Shown: piece after piece, positions 48,629 to 58,413 of the stretch
Layout of the letters: every line of letters starts with the position of its first letter
Numbering within the stretch: position 1 is the stretch's first letter
DNA from: a virus
Length of the DNA: 64,000 bases
Direction: 5' to 3' (one strand)
IMG/VR virus record: IMGVR_UViG_3300008448_000049
Span: 1 to 64,000 of that record
Position numbers and translations under genes: made by a program
Notes under the pieces: model-generated
Database searches by the model: none
What the model was told of the DNA's origin: nothing
What the model saw: only the letters and a program-made list of their open reading frames with translations

Positions 48629-49651
48629 TTATAAGATTACTTTTGTTTTTGCAAATTTGTATGGCAAGTTATAATTCTTCTCATTATAATGCCACGCCGC
48701 TTCAGTCAACTTCTCTTCTAGTTTAATTTGCCAATCAGCTAAAGTATCTTTACTTACTTCAAATACATACACCTGTTGATATCTATCAATAACTACAAAG
48801 TTGAATACAATTTTATAATCCTGCATGATTAATTCAGCATACTGATATGCAGCTAACCTTTCATAAACAGCAGCCTGGGCCCAATAGTTATAAAAGTCTA
48901 CGGTTTCAGGAAAATCTACAATGGTCTTACCTGTAGTCTTTAAGTCATTGACGTAGATAATTCTAGCATCATGGTCAATTTTTACATTGTCCACAACACC
49001 TTTTAATCCAAAGGGTTTATCTGTATGATCAACAGCCATGAAGATCTCATTATAAACATCTATGTTATCCATCTCAGATCTCATTAATCCAAGTAGCTCA
49101 CGTACTTCATCATGATTGCGTAAAACTTCTACAGCTTCTGTACAACGCTGCATGGTAACAGAGTCTAGTAGATCTTTGTTACCTTTAATCTTCAGAAATT
49201 CAAAGTATGACTTTGCATCCTCAGTCAATATTTTCTCTAATCTTTTTTCATCTCCCGTTTTAAATGGAGCTTTCTTGTCATCCGCTAGAGCCTGGTGTAA
49301 CTTTATCTCTTTTAAATAATCCAATATCTCTACTGAATAATTTTCAAGAAGTGTTGGTTCTCCGGACACTCTTTCATAGATAGCATCTACTAATCTGCGA
49401 GTATTCTCTGTAGGTAGTGTGCTTGGCATAAGTATGAACTGGTTGTTGAATGAACCATCATCTAGTAATAAACAGTGTATTACTTTTCCATCTATAAGAT
49501 AGCTGTCTAACTTTTCCTCTTGCTCCTGTAACACATAGTGTTTATAATACAGGGAAGGAGAGTAAAGCATTTTGTTTAGTCCTGAATAACTCAGGAGCAA
49601 AGGCCGAGCATAAAACTCAGCCTCTAGTTCTTGTTTTGTTTTTTTGGTCAT
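48629..49651 (-). CDS. PD-(D/E)XK exonuclease (RecE/Cas4-like)
   Basis: LSYSGL, G..IHCLLL, KGVVDNV.ID, NDLKTT, Y..QAAVY. Confidence 0.8.
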   Translation of the reverse strand: MTKKTKQELEAEFYARPLLLSYSGLNKMLYSPSLYYKHYVLQEQEEKLDSYLIDGKVIHCLLLDDGSFNNQFILMPSTLPTENTRRLVDAIYERVSGEPTLLENYSVEILDYLKEIKLHQALADDKKAPFKTGDEKRLEKILTEDAKSYFEFLKIKGNKDLLDSVTMQRCTEAVEVLRNHDEVRELLGLMRSEMDNIDVYNEIFMAVDHTDKPFGLKGVVDNVKIDHDARIIYVNDLKTTGKTIVDFPETVDFYNYWAQAAVYERLAAYQYAELIMQDYKIVFNFVVIDRYQQVYVFEVSKDTLADWQIKLEEKLTEAAWHYNEKNYNLPYKFAKTKVIL

Positions 49652-50826
49652 ACTTCATCATTTATTAAGGCATTTATATTTAAACCTTTCAGTTGCAACT
49701 CTTCTTCTGGTTCATCATATAGCTCAGTGTTAAAGTTTACATCTAAGATATTGTTAGCTAAGCCTTCTACAATCTTATCAGACCAAATCAGTTTATCAAT
49801 TGTATAATAATCACCTGATAATCTTGACTCAGCCTCCTCTGTTAACAAAGGTCTAAGCACATCAAGATTAGTTTGATTTAACAAATTGCGTTTTAACAAT
49901 GCATCTATTAAATTATCATAGCTGTAATGATACCTGAGGTTGTCTACATTAAAGAACTTCATAAAAGATTTAAAATTCACATGATTTCTATTAGGTGTGT
50001 TATACATTTTATCATGATACTCATGCACTAATAGTAGCAAGTAAACAGCGCTTCTTTCAAAATCACAATTAGCTATGGCTTCCATAGCTAAAGTACAGTT
50101 AGAAGTATCACTACTCTCAAACAAACGCTTAATACTTTCATACTGTACAGCGTCCATTATTCCACCAGTGTTTAGTTTCTTTAATAGAGTTGTCTCAGGA
50201 TATATGTTGGGATCATTAATGATCTCTACAAGTTTCTTGTAAGCATCTTCATCTTTAATATAAGCACCGTTTATGTCATCATAATGTTCATCAGTAGCAT
50301 CATCTAATTCTTTTTCTGTAAAAGCTTTTGATAACATGTTTGTACTAAAACTTGTTGTTAAAATACGGTTTATATGATAATCATGATGAACAAGCTCAGA
50401 TGTTTGATTTTCTAAACTATCAATAGCTTTCTTAATAAAGTCATTATTAGTATTACCATACTTATATAAATGGTCAAGTAACTCAGTACGGACATAACAA
50501 GAATGATAAAAATGTTTTAAAATATCTTTACCATAATTCTCACCTATGATTTTTACATTGGCTTTATCAGGATACTTTACTAGAGCTACCTTGTACTTTT
50601 CACAAAATGTTTTTATTTTAAATCTTGGAATAGTTGAGCCTGGATAAATATAAATCTTATCACCTTTTACTGGTGTGTAATCTTTATCTTGCAGAACAGA
50701 GTTGATCAAATTAGATGAGCTTATATGACTGTCTTCTATAACATAAACTGTTTCTACAATAAATTTTGAATTATTGCTATCAGACCTTAAACTGGTTCTT
50801 GTTTTTATTTTGTTAATCATTGTCAT
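49648..50826 (-). CDS. Hypothetical protein containing the SxD paralogue module
   Basis: 392-aa ORF with module MDAVQYESIKRLFESSDTSNCTLAM. Confidence 0.65.
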   Translation of the reverse strand: MTMINKIKTRTSLRSDSNNSKFIVETVYVIEDSHISSSNLINSVLQDKDYTPVKGDKIYIYPGSTIPRFKIKTFCEKYKVALVKYPDKANVKIIGENYGKDILKHFYHSCYVRTELLDHLYKYGNTNNDFIKKAIDSLENQTSELVHHDYHINRILTTSFSTNMLSKAFTEKELDDATDEHYDDINGAYIKDEDAYKKLVEIINDPNIYPETTLLKKLNTGGIMDAVQYESIKRLFESSDTSNCTLAMEAIANCDFERSAVYLLLLVHEYHDKMYNTPNRNHVNFKSFMKFFNVDNLRYHYSYDNLIDALLKRNLLNQTNLDVLRPLLTEEAESRLSGDYYTIDKLIWSDKIVEGLANNILDVNFNTELYDEPEEELQLKGLNINALINDEV

Positions 50827-51313
50827 AAATTACTGGTTTTAGTTTGTCTTCTGGATTAAGGTGTTTGAATTCAGGCTTCAGCTCCATTGTAAAGTTATAG
50901 AACTTGGAACAGGTTATACCGTTTAATCTAAACACAATATCTGAATTCAATTTAGTCATCAGTTTTTGGAAAATCTCTGGGGTTAGCCAACCTTTTTTAT
51001 TAATATGTTCTATAAAGCTAGACTCTCCCATAGTTGATAAACTAAATAAAGATGTATCATCTCTGAATTGTCTACTTGCCTTTGTTCTAAGATTAACCAT
51101 TCTTTGTGTAATCCACCAACCTTTTCTAGCCAATTGCCATAACCAGTAAATTGAAAGTTGTATGTTTACTTGGTTTAAGATAAGCTGTGCCATCTTGTGA
51201 TCACCTTCATCGGTGCTTGCTAACATTTGAGAAATTCTCTCATATGTCTGTTCATTAAGAACAGTAGTGCCGGCTATTACCGGCACTGTCTGTGTTCCTA
51301 CTAATTCATCCAT
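50813..51313 (-). CDS. Hypothetical protein containing the SxD paralogue module
   Basis: 166-aa ORF with module LNEQTYERISQMLASTDEGDHKMAQ. Confidence 0.65.
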   Translation of the reverse strand: MDELVGTQTVPVIAGTTVLNEQTYERISQMLASTDEGDHKMAQLILNQVNIQLSIYWLWQLARKGWWITQRMVNLRTKASRQFRDDTSLFSLSTMGESSFIEHINKKGWLTPEIFQKLMTKLNSDIVFRLNGITCSKFYNFTMELKPEFKHLNPEDKLKPVIYDND

Positions 51314-53856
51314 TATTTCATTGTCATTTTCATTACAGACTCATTCATCAAAAGCTTTTGAAACTTCTGCTTGTTACCGTTAAGTATCTTCTTAATAACT
51401 ATATACTTCAAGTCATCAGTAAATGCTTCTTCAGTACCCAATTTGATTAATCTGTCAATGTGCTTTTGTGTAATTGAGTTCTTCTCAGAGTAATTAATTG
51501 TAAAGTTAATTAACCTTGTTGCTAATACACTTGCAATATCAGCACGGTAGTTATGGTCTTTACCAATACATCCGCGTAACTCACCCATGATATAATCTCC
51601 ATTGTCATGGCATAAAATATCTTGAGGTCTAACTAACTTATCCAACTTGTTGTTGATAAACGTAGTGAATATAGTAGTGAACTCAGGCCCCACTGAACCT
51701 TCACCAATCATTTGGATTAAAGGTAACTCAGCAGAGAAATCTTCAATAGAACTAATACAGTTAAAGAAGGTAGTGATACTTCTAGCATTCACACGAGTAC
51801 TTACTAGTTCCTCATGCATCAACAAGAAGTTAATACAACGACCATCAATACCTTGAGTCTCTGCCCAACGTGCCCATACATCTTTGTCAAACTTTAAATT
51901 CACACTTACAAAACGAGTACGTTGTGCTGAGTCAATTGATTGTACTAAATATTCTCCATTGTCTGGATTAGCTGTCAATAAAATATGCCAGTCCTTTGGT
52001 AACTTCCATGAGATATACTCTTGTCTATCCACACATTATTGTTATCGCTAAGTTTTTTATCTTAGCTTCTGTATATCTCTATACAGGTCAGCATATATCT
52101 TCATACATTAGTATGCCGGGCACTCTTGGGTATATTATATTCTACAATGTAGTTTCAATACCTATGCGTTGAACCTTCCCAAATCTTTTAGATTTAAGCT
52201 TGGCTGCTGATTGTCTTATAATACTAAACTTTTCAAGCATTCACACTCACCGTTTCCAGTCATGTTGTAGCATTAGTATTTTCAAGATATCCCAGCAATT
52301 CACCCGGTTAGGAGCCCGTGAATAGACTCAAGTTATGAGTATCAGCTTTAACATAAGATGCTAAATACTTTCCTCTCACTTTTCTTGTTTGTGGTTTTTG
52401 TAAAACATAAGCAAGATTACTTCTTATTATTTTCCAGTCACCTTGGTAATTAATATCTGCTGCAATGTATCTTGCACAATCAGATAAAGAGTTAAAAGAC
52501 ATATAGAACTCTCCTCTCAAGTTATATAAATATACAGTTCTAGTTTCTAAATTAGAACCTGTATTACACATATATTTTCCAGGAGATATTTTTTCATAAG
52601 ACCATTGAAATCCATGAGCTGATTTAGAAGCTTCTACAGAAGGATTAGCACAAGCATGTATTGCATTGTAAGAAACATTAAGTATTCTTGCAGCAACCAT
52701 AGCTGATTTCCATTCTTTAATAAAAACACCTTCAAGATCAAACTGATATACAGTTTTTTCATGAAAACCTCCTATACCTTGTATAGGATCATCTAAATTT
52801 AACTCAGCATTAAGTTTTTCAACCCACTGCTTTTCTTTATTTCTAAGTTCTAAAAACTTTATAAGAAAATCACATTCTTCAAGTATTCTATATTCACAGT
52901 TTTTGTATTTGTTATACAGGTTCTGTAGATACTTGTTATCATGCTTGTTGTTCCTTAAAAGAGTTCTGTGTCTTCTTAGTCTTTTCTTTATGTTGACACT
53001 ACTGCCTACATATTGTTTACCATTAATTTTCAAGAGATAAACACCACATGGATTTTTACCTCTTAATTCATCAAGCTGTTTAAATAAATCTTTCATACTA
53101 CAAACATATGTAATATAAATAAGTTATCCAAAATTATTTGAGCTCCATTACAGCTTGTATGAATCTTGTATCGGACCTGTTCCAGTCATCTAAGATTAAG
53201 AAACCACCGCCTTGCTTGTCAGCAATCCACTCAGGAGGACAATAAGACATACGCTTGTTTCCCGTAAAGTCATATCCACGCTTTACATATTCATTCACGG
53301 CATTCTCATCCACCCAGATGCACTCACCTTCAGAATAAGATAATACAACTTCAGAAGATACAGGTACAATTTCTTCCTCTGTAACTTGTTTCTCAACAGG
53401 AACTTCTACTTCCTTCTCAACTTTAACAGCTACTGTTACATCACGAAGAACAAGCTTGCCATCTGGACCCATTACTTGTTTCTTAACTGTTTTGTTTTCT
53501 GTTACAGTTTGCATTTGCTTTTCCATAACAGTAATTGTTTTAGTTACAAAACGCTTTTCTGTAGTTGGAATACCAGGTAAAGGTTTACCATCTTTGCATA
53601 ACTGGAACTGTCTGATTGGAAAACCAACCAAGTCACCCAACTCTTCTATCTGAGCTAAGTTTAACTTCACTACATTCATCCCAGTCTCGTTGGCTAACTG
53701 TAATACAGAACTTGTCTTACCAATACCTGATTCACCAACAATCTCCACAGCTACTGGTGGCTTACCGCCTGACTGTAAGAAGCGATTGTTATTCATGATG
53801 TGAGTTAAGAATCCTTTTACCTCATCAATATTTAAGTTTACTTGTGCGTTGCTCAT
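51313..53856 (-). CDS. MoxR-like AAA+ ATPase split by a group I intron (exons 53856-53141 and 52033-51313; 478 aa spliced)
   Basis: Walker A GESGIGKT, Walker B FLILDDWNR and LLTANP. Splicing restores QAVMEL-V-DRQEYISW in frame. Adjacent to a vWA gene. Confidence 0.88.
52308..53096 (-). CDS. Intron-encoded GIY-YIG homing endonuclease with NUMOD1-like repeats
   Basis: GVY...YVGSS.NI..R...H; two VY.(F/Y).L.G.F...(W/F).S repeats; lies inside the intron. Confidence 0.88.
   Translation of the reverse strand: MKDLFKQLDELRGKNPCGVYLLKINGKQYVGSSVNIKKRLRRHRTLLRNNKHDNKYLQNLYNKYKNCEYRILEECDFLIKFLELRNKEKQWVEKLNAELNLDDPIQGIGGFHEKTVYQFDLEGVFIKEWKSAMVAARILNVSYNAIHACANPSVEASKSAHGFQWSYEKISPGKYMCNTGSNLETRTVYLYNLRGEFYMSFNSLSDCARYIAADINYQGDWKIIRSNLAYVLQKPQTRKVRGKYLASYVKADTHNLSLFTGS
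53101..53132 (-). promoter_or_regulatory. Bacteroidota-type primary-sigma promoter inside the intron 5' end
   Basis: TTTG (53132-53129)-N20-TATGTTTG (53108-53101), ending 4 nt before the HEG ATG. Confidence 0.7.
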
Positions 53857-53865
53857 AATTTGTTT

Positions 53866-55086
53866 TTAATTTAATTTAATTTGTGGACCTACTAAATCTG
53901 GGTTTAACGGGGACTGACTACTCAATACCCAAAGCATTCTTCCGCGTGCAGGTGTTGGCGCGGATGCTTCACCGTCTGTAAAATAAATCAGACAGGTAAA
54001 TTTATGTGTGTTCTCGTTATAATAATCTATAACCGGTTGGAAGCTTGTGCCTCCTCTACCATGAACTTTGAATTCAGCTCTATGATTAAACTTGCTTATG
54101 TCACTGATGGCTGTATCAGCTTGTATTACTGTAATCTCAGTACCAGTCTTGTGAATATGATACAACTCTTGTACACACTCATTTAATTCATTAGTACTTA
54201 CAGAACCTGAGGTATCAATTGCAAACAAGATATGACGGCGAGGCTTGATCTTCAGACCAGGATTCTCTTCATATCTCTTATTGAATTTCCTACGTATTTT
54301 CTTTGTATAAACTTTAGTTGATCCACCTGTGAATCTTCTAAGATATCCTTTCCAATCAAACTTGGGAGGCTCTGTTTTATTTATGTTATCAAGGATCTCG
54401 GCAAACTCTCCAGGTATATGACCTTGAGATTTCTTAACTTGATCAGCAACTTCTTTAAGAATATGCTCAGTTTGTTTACGGATTAACTTCTGTGTTGCTT
54501 CTGGTAGCGCATCCATATCACCCCAACCAGAATGATCAGGAAGATTAACTTTAATATTTCCGTCACCATCTACAGAGATTGTTACCTCGCACTGACCTTG
54601 CCTCATTCCTTCTAGTATCTTATCCAGGTTAGGACAAGTACCAGGTTGCTTAGCAGCTTTACCTAGTTTATCATAATAGTACTGAGTACCTTTTCTTGAT
54701 TCAAGATTTAGTTCAGGAAATTTATCAAGGGTCATACCACCAGGAGGAAGGAAGTCTTCATGAATGAACTGGTTAATCTCCAAGTCCATTGCTATGTTGG
54801 CTATCTCATGATCAGTCAGATGTTTAAAGTCTGTGATGTGAAACAAGCCTATGTGCAGTAGCTCATGCTTAAGTAAACCTATCCTATGCTTAGGAGTTAA
54901 ATTATCCCAAAATTTTGGGCCTATATCTAGTTGATAGTTAATTCCATTTAAACTTACACAAGCTGTAGAAACTCTATCACTCCACCTCTTATTCAGCATT
55001 ATCAGGAACATCCCATAAAATGCTTCCGTCAGCATTAGTTCCTTGGAGGTCATTGCCAACTGTTCCGGTCTTGTAGTCATAGTCAT
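53866..55086 (-). CDS. vWA-like domain / metallopeptidase protein (DUF2201-like), MoxR partner
   Basis: KHELLH, NIAMDLEIN, AIDTSGS (MIDAS), GRGGTSF, YFTDG. Confidence 0.85.
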   Translation of the reverse strand: MTMTTRPEQLAMTSKELMLTEAFYGMFLIMLNKRWSDRVSTACVSLNGINYQLDIGPKFWDNLTPKHRIGLLKHELLHIGLFHITDFKHLTDHEIANIAMDLEINQFIHEDFLPPGGMTLDKFPELNLESRKGTQYYYDKLGKAAKQPGTCPNLDKILEGMRQGQCEVTISVDGDGNIKVNLPDHSGWGDMDALPEATQKLIRKQTEHILKEVADQVKKSQGHIPGEFAEILDNINKTEPPKFDWKGYLRRFTGGSTKVYTKKIRRKFNKRYEENPGLKIKPRRHILFAIDTSGSVSTNELNECVQELYHIHKTGTEITVIQADTAISDISKFNHRAEFKVHGRGGTSFQPVIDYYNENTHKFTCLIYFTDGEASAPTPARGRMLWVLSSQSPLNPDLVGPQIKLN

Positions 55087-55480
55087 TAATTTTAATTGTT
55101 AGTTTATTGATTGGGTTATCTTTTAAACCCAATGTATAGTTGAGATAATCTCTCATTTTATCTGCATATTTATCCATAATAAATTGGATATCATGCAAGG
55201 GTGCGTTATATGTCTTAGCCATTTTTAAGACTGTGTCAAATGTGATAGGCTTGTCTAGGTTTATACCTAGTTGAATAAACATATGGTGCATTGTTGGTGC
55301 ATTATCATGCCACATGTTGTCGTATTTAACATTAGCTTCTTTGGCCATAAGTAATACATACAAGAAATTATCTTTAAAGTCTGTTGTATCCATTGCAGAT
55401 ATTCCAAGTACTATATCCTCTTTGTCAAGAGATTCTAACATCATCTTTACTCTGTCAAATGTTTCACTGTTCAATTTCAT
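54989..55480 (-). CDS. Hypothetical protein containing the SxD paralogue module
   Basis: 163 aa with module LNSETFDRVKMMLESLDKEDIVLG; the 3' end overlaps the vWA gene by 98 nt. Confidence 0.6.
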   Translation of the reverse strand: MKLNSETFDRVKMMLESLDKEDIVLGISAMDTTDFKDNFLYVLLMAKEANVKYDNMWHDNAPTMHHMFIQLGINLDKPITFDTVLKMAKTYNAPLHDIQFIMDKYADKMRDYLNYTLGLKDNPINKLTIKINDYDYKTGTVGNDLQGTNADGSILWDVPDNAE

Positions 55481-55484
55481 TTTA

Positions 55485-55907
55485 TCAAATTTTATTTTTA
55501 TAGAAGCGCCCTAGTATATTACCATTTAGGTACATGTCATCTTCCAATACGCTCAGTAAGAACTGATGCTTTACCTCTTGGTAAGTCAATTCATTCTTGC
55601 TATAACATATTCTTAAGATTTCTCTTTTAATTTTTATCCCATCTTTATGGGCTTGCTTTAATGTTTCATTACTACTAAAATAGTTCTGGTAAGATGTTTT
55701 AGTTACACGTTTGTATGTCTTGAGTCTCTTATCAGTAGGCATAGATTTCTTGCTCAGCTTTGTTTTAATACTTGCATAAAAGTTTTTCTTTCCTATATAA
55801 CTAACAACTTTACCATCAATGATAGCTGACATTTGATATATGAATCCTACAGCACCATCTGGTATATGTTCATCTGTGAACAAAATTCCTTTATATGACC
55901 AACTCAT
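55485..55907 (-). CDS. GIY-YIG-like nuclease family protein
   Basis: GFIY...YIGKK, Y.SS, REIL, E, YLNGNI. Confidence 0.65.
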   Translation of the reverse strand: MSWSYKGILFTDEHIPDGAVGFIYQMSAIIDGKVVSYIGKKNFYASIKTKLSKKSMPTDKRLKTYKRVTKTSYQNYFSSNETLKQAHKDGIKIKREILRICYSKNELTYQEVKHQFLLSVLEDDMYLNGNILGRFYKNKI

Positions 55908-56044
55908 TTTCCACTCATGTTTCTTAACATTTCTACTAATTCTGATTGTATCATAGCATTTACTTCAGAGAGTATTTCTATTTTTAATTCATCAGTTAAT
56001 GTCTGCACTGGCAGGGTCATTAACCAGTCTTCAAACTCATTCAT
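55904..56044 (-). CDS. Small hypothetical protein (46 aa, MNEFEDWLMTLPVQ...), absent from the ORF track
   Basis: Fills the gap exactly, with ATGA overlaps at both ends. Confidence 0.65.
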   Translation of the reverse strand: MNEFEDWLMTLPVQTLTDELKIEILSEVNAMIQSELVEMLRNMSGK

Positions 56045-57033
56045 TGTAATGCTTGTTTTAAGATTGGGGTTAATACTTGTTTTACTTTTAGGATACCATG
56101 ATCTCTACCTGAGTCACTTAAGTCTTTGGATAACGGGAGCAATACGCCTTTAATCCCATAGGTCTTCTCATAATTCTCCATAGCTTTTATGCCGGCGGGA
56201 TCATTATCAAACAGTGTAGCTATACCTTTATACTTAAGCTTAAGTGAATTGATCACATGCGGTAGTATAAGCGTGTTCTCACTATCCGGTGCAATGGTCT
56301 CTGCCTCCGAGTATCCTAGTTTATCAAAGAACATTACATCTTTAAGAGAGCTGTTGATTATAAGATAAGGTTTGGTATAAGTCAATTGGTCCATACCTTG
56401 TATGTAATCTCTAACCTTTATGAATTTACTTTCCATAATCATAGGCTGATAGATCTTATACAGTGTACCATCTTCTCTAAAATAACCATACATAAAATGT
56501 CTATCCTTAATTACAATCTCTTGCAATTGACCGTCATCTTCTCTACTCATTGTATATGTACTAAGAGGAAACACGTAATACTTATTAAGCAAGGTGGTTC
56601 CAATATGGAACTTAGTCCAGAACTTCTGATCTAAGGTAGTCCAATTTCTTTTTGCAAAGCTTGTTACTTTATACCTCTCAACTACTTTAAAGTTTACAGA
56701 AGAGTGATCAGCGTCTTTATTGTTTAACCAGGCTTCATAGTCCTGTAGTATTTTTTTAACAGCCTCATTCCTAGAGCCAAGCTTAAATAAAGTTTCTACA
56801 AAACAGATAGCGTCTCCTGATTGATTTGTGGAAAAACATTTAAACCTATAACTATCTTTATACTTAAGACTAACAAATAGACTCAAGGAAGGTCTTTTAT
56901 CATTAGGGTTAAATGGAGAGAGCACCATTATGTTCTGACCACCTAATCTTTCTGGTAAAGTTATATACTGTTCAAAGATCCATTCCGGAGATACATCTGA
57001 TAATACCGGTTTAAATTTAGTTGTACTTATCAT
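56041..57033 (-). CDS. DNA primase (DnaG-like, TOPRIM)
   Basis: SPF...DKRPS...FKCFS (degenerate Zn-binding domain), SSLKD, LFDND.AG, KDLSD. Confidence 0.8.
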   Translation of the reverse strand: MISTTKFKPVLSDVSPEWIFEQYITLPERLGGQNIMVLSPFNPNDKRPSLSLFVSLKYKDSYRFKCFSTNQSGDAICFVETLFKLGSRNEAVKKILQDYEAWLNNKDADHSSVNFKVVERYKVTSFAKRNWTTLDQKFWTKFHIGTTLLNKYYVFPLSTYTMSREDDGQLQEIVIKDRHFMYGYFREDGTLYKIYQPMIMESKFIKVRDYIQGMDQLTYTKPYLIINSSLKDVMFFDKLGYSEAETIAPDSENTLILPHVINSLKLKYKGIATLFDNDPAGIKAMENYEKTYGIKGVLLPLSKDLSDSGRDHGILKVKQVLTPILKQALQ

Positions 57034-57044
57034 GACTTGTTTAA

Positions 57045-57080
57045 ATGGAAAAGGAGGATTACTCCCCCTTTTTATTCCAT
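57045..57080. terminator. Intergenic hairpin upstream of the primase gene
   Basis: Imperfect stem ATGGAA-AAGGAGGA-TTAC-TCCCCCTT-TTTA-TTCCAT. Confidence 0.4.
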
Positions 57081-57091
57081 ATTTTTAGTGA

Positions 57092-57772
57092 TTATAAACT
57101 AAAATCTGCACCTGCTGGACCACTCAAATTGATGTCCTCACCAGATTCAAATTCACTAATTTCCTCTGTCTTCTTCTTCTTGATATGATCAATAGGATCA
57201 AACGTTACAACCTTAGCACCATAAGCTGCACCAGCTTTGCTATACTTAGGTAAGAATAAATCATAAGCTGTGTAGCCATTTCTGTTGGTATACTCTTTAC
57301 CACCAATACAGAAGTCAATAAACTTCTCTTTAAAAGGACGGTCTTTACTAAACGCCGCTATAAGAGATTCAATTGTATCATGTTTGTCATCCTGAGCATC
57401 TAACCAATCAGTGCAACCAAATGCAATACATAAGTTCTTCATAACTTTTAAGATCTCAGCATCTCTGCTAATCTCAATACCGCTTTTAGTTTTACCGTCA
57501 GCATAAGCCCATTCACTTGCTTTTACATCACCAACTTGACCGGCGTGCTTACCAAGAGACTCATCATTCTTGTCTATCCAAAAACCTTCAAAGTCTTTTT
57601 CAATAGGAGCACCTTCTAAACTTAATACTAGATGATAACCACCTGGTATAAATTTGAATTCTTCTAAACGCGCTCCGTTTAATTTACATTTCTGATTACC
57701 TGGTTGTAGCGTCTTAGGTACACCACCATCTCCACCGACTTTGATGTCTTTTGTGTTTAATTTTCCACTCAT
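57092..57772 (-). CDS. Putative ssDNA-binding protein
   Basis: Located between RecT and primase; acidic C-terminal tail ending ADFSL. The function is inferred. Confidence 0.45.
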   Translation of the reverse strand: MSGKLNTKDIKVGGDGGVPKTLQPGNQKCKLNGARLEEFKFIPGGYHLVLSLEGAPIEKDFEGFWIDKNDESLGKHAGQVGDVKASEWAYADGKTKSGIEISRDAEILKVMKNLCIAFGCTDWLDAQDDKHDTIESLIAAFSKDRPFKEKFIDFCIGGKEYTNRNGYTAYDLFLPKYSKAGAAYGAKVVTFDPIDHIKKKKTEEISEFESGEDINLSGPAGADFSL

Positions 57773-57791
57773 GTTTTTATTTTTTATAGGG

Positions 57792-58412
57792 TTATTTTAC
57801 TTCTGTTGCTGTTACATTAATGATCTCAGCTATTGTTCCATCATCATTTCTCCTTACGTCTGACTCTTTCAAGAATGTATCAGCCATTTCCTCCGCTGTA
57901 TATAATCCTAATAATAAATCAGCACCTATTCTGTTTGCACCTTTAGCTAAACAGCGAGCGTATAACATTTCCTTTGGCATACGCTTCCAGTTATCCTTAG
58001 TAGTTAAACCTTGTAACTCAGCATCTCTCCAAGTGAATGAACAAATTTCTTCCATACCATCTCTTACAAACTTAATAGTAGTTCTTCTACCATCAGGTTT
58101 CTGATCAGGGCTAGTAGGTTCTGTCCTATTACCATAGGTGAATACACCATCTTCTACAGTTACAAAAGCGATACCGCCTTTTCTCAATAAAGCATTTGTT
58201 GCTTTAGCAGATAAGCTTAGCTTGCCTTGAATAGGTATGATGTAATGAAAGGCCTGCATTGTTGGGAAGCCTAACTCTTTACCCATCTGTGCAATAGTAA
58301 ACGCATCTTCTACAGTTTTAATGTGGGTTGGTAGTTTCTTTGATTCTATCAAAGTACTTAAGAATTGCTTAAGAGCATCTTCTGTTGTGGTTGTTACTTG
58401 GTTGTTTTCCAT
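57792..58412 (-). CDS. RecT/Redbeta-like single-strand annealing protein
   Basis: G.ELG...MQA...I..IQGK, A...GL..KDNW..MP..ML.AR, LLGLYT.EEM. The start is probably ATG 58412 (MENNQ) rather than 58436. Confidence 0.75.
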   Translation of the reverse strand: MENNQVTTTTEDALKQFLSTLIESKKLPTHIKTVEDAFTIAQMGKELGFPTMQAFHYIIPIQGKLSLSAKATNALLRKGGIAFVTVEDGVFTYGNRTEPTSPDQKPDGRRTTIKFVRDGMEEICSFTWRDAELQGLTTKDNWKRMPKEMLYARCLAKGANRIGADLLLGLYTAEEMADTFLKESDVRRNDDGTIAEIINVTATEVK

Positions 58413-58413
58413 T

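Larger units (their letters stand above)
52034..53140 (-). mobile_element. Group I intron in the MoxR gene (1107 nt)
   Basis: On the - strand: P AAUUGCUGGGA, Q AAUCAGCAGCC, R GUUCAACGCAUA, S AAGAUAUAUGCU. P3 CCGGGUG/UGCCCGG, P8 CAUAC/GUAUG, P9 CUGUAUA-GAGA-UAUACAG. The 5' exon ends in U and the intron ends in G. Confidence 0.9.

Noticed and set aside
48629-49651. CRISPR-Cas association of the Cas4-like nuclease
   Set aside because: No repeat-spacer array or other cas genes seen; RecT and NinB-like genes in the same arm suggest recombination
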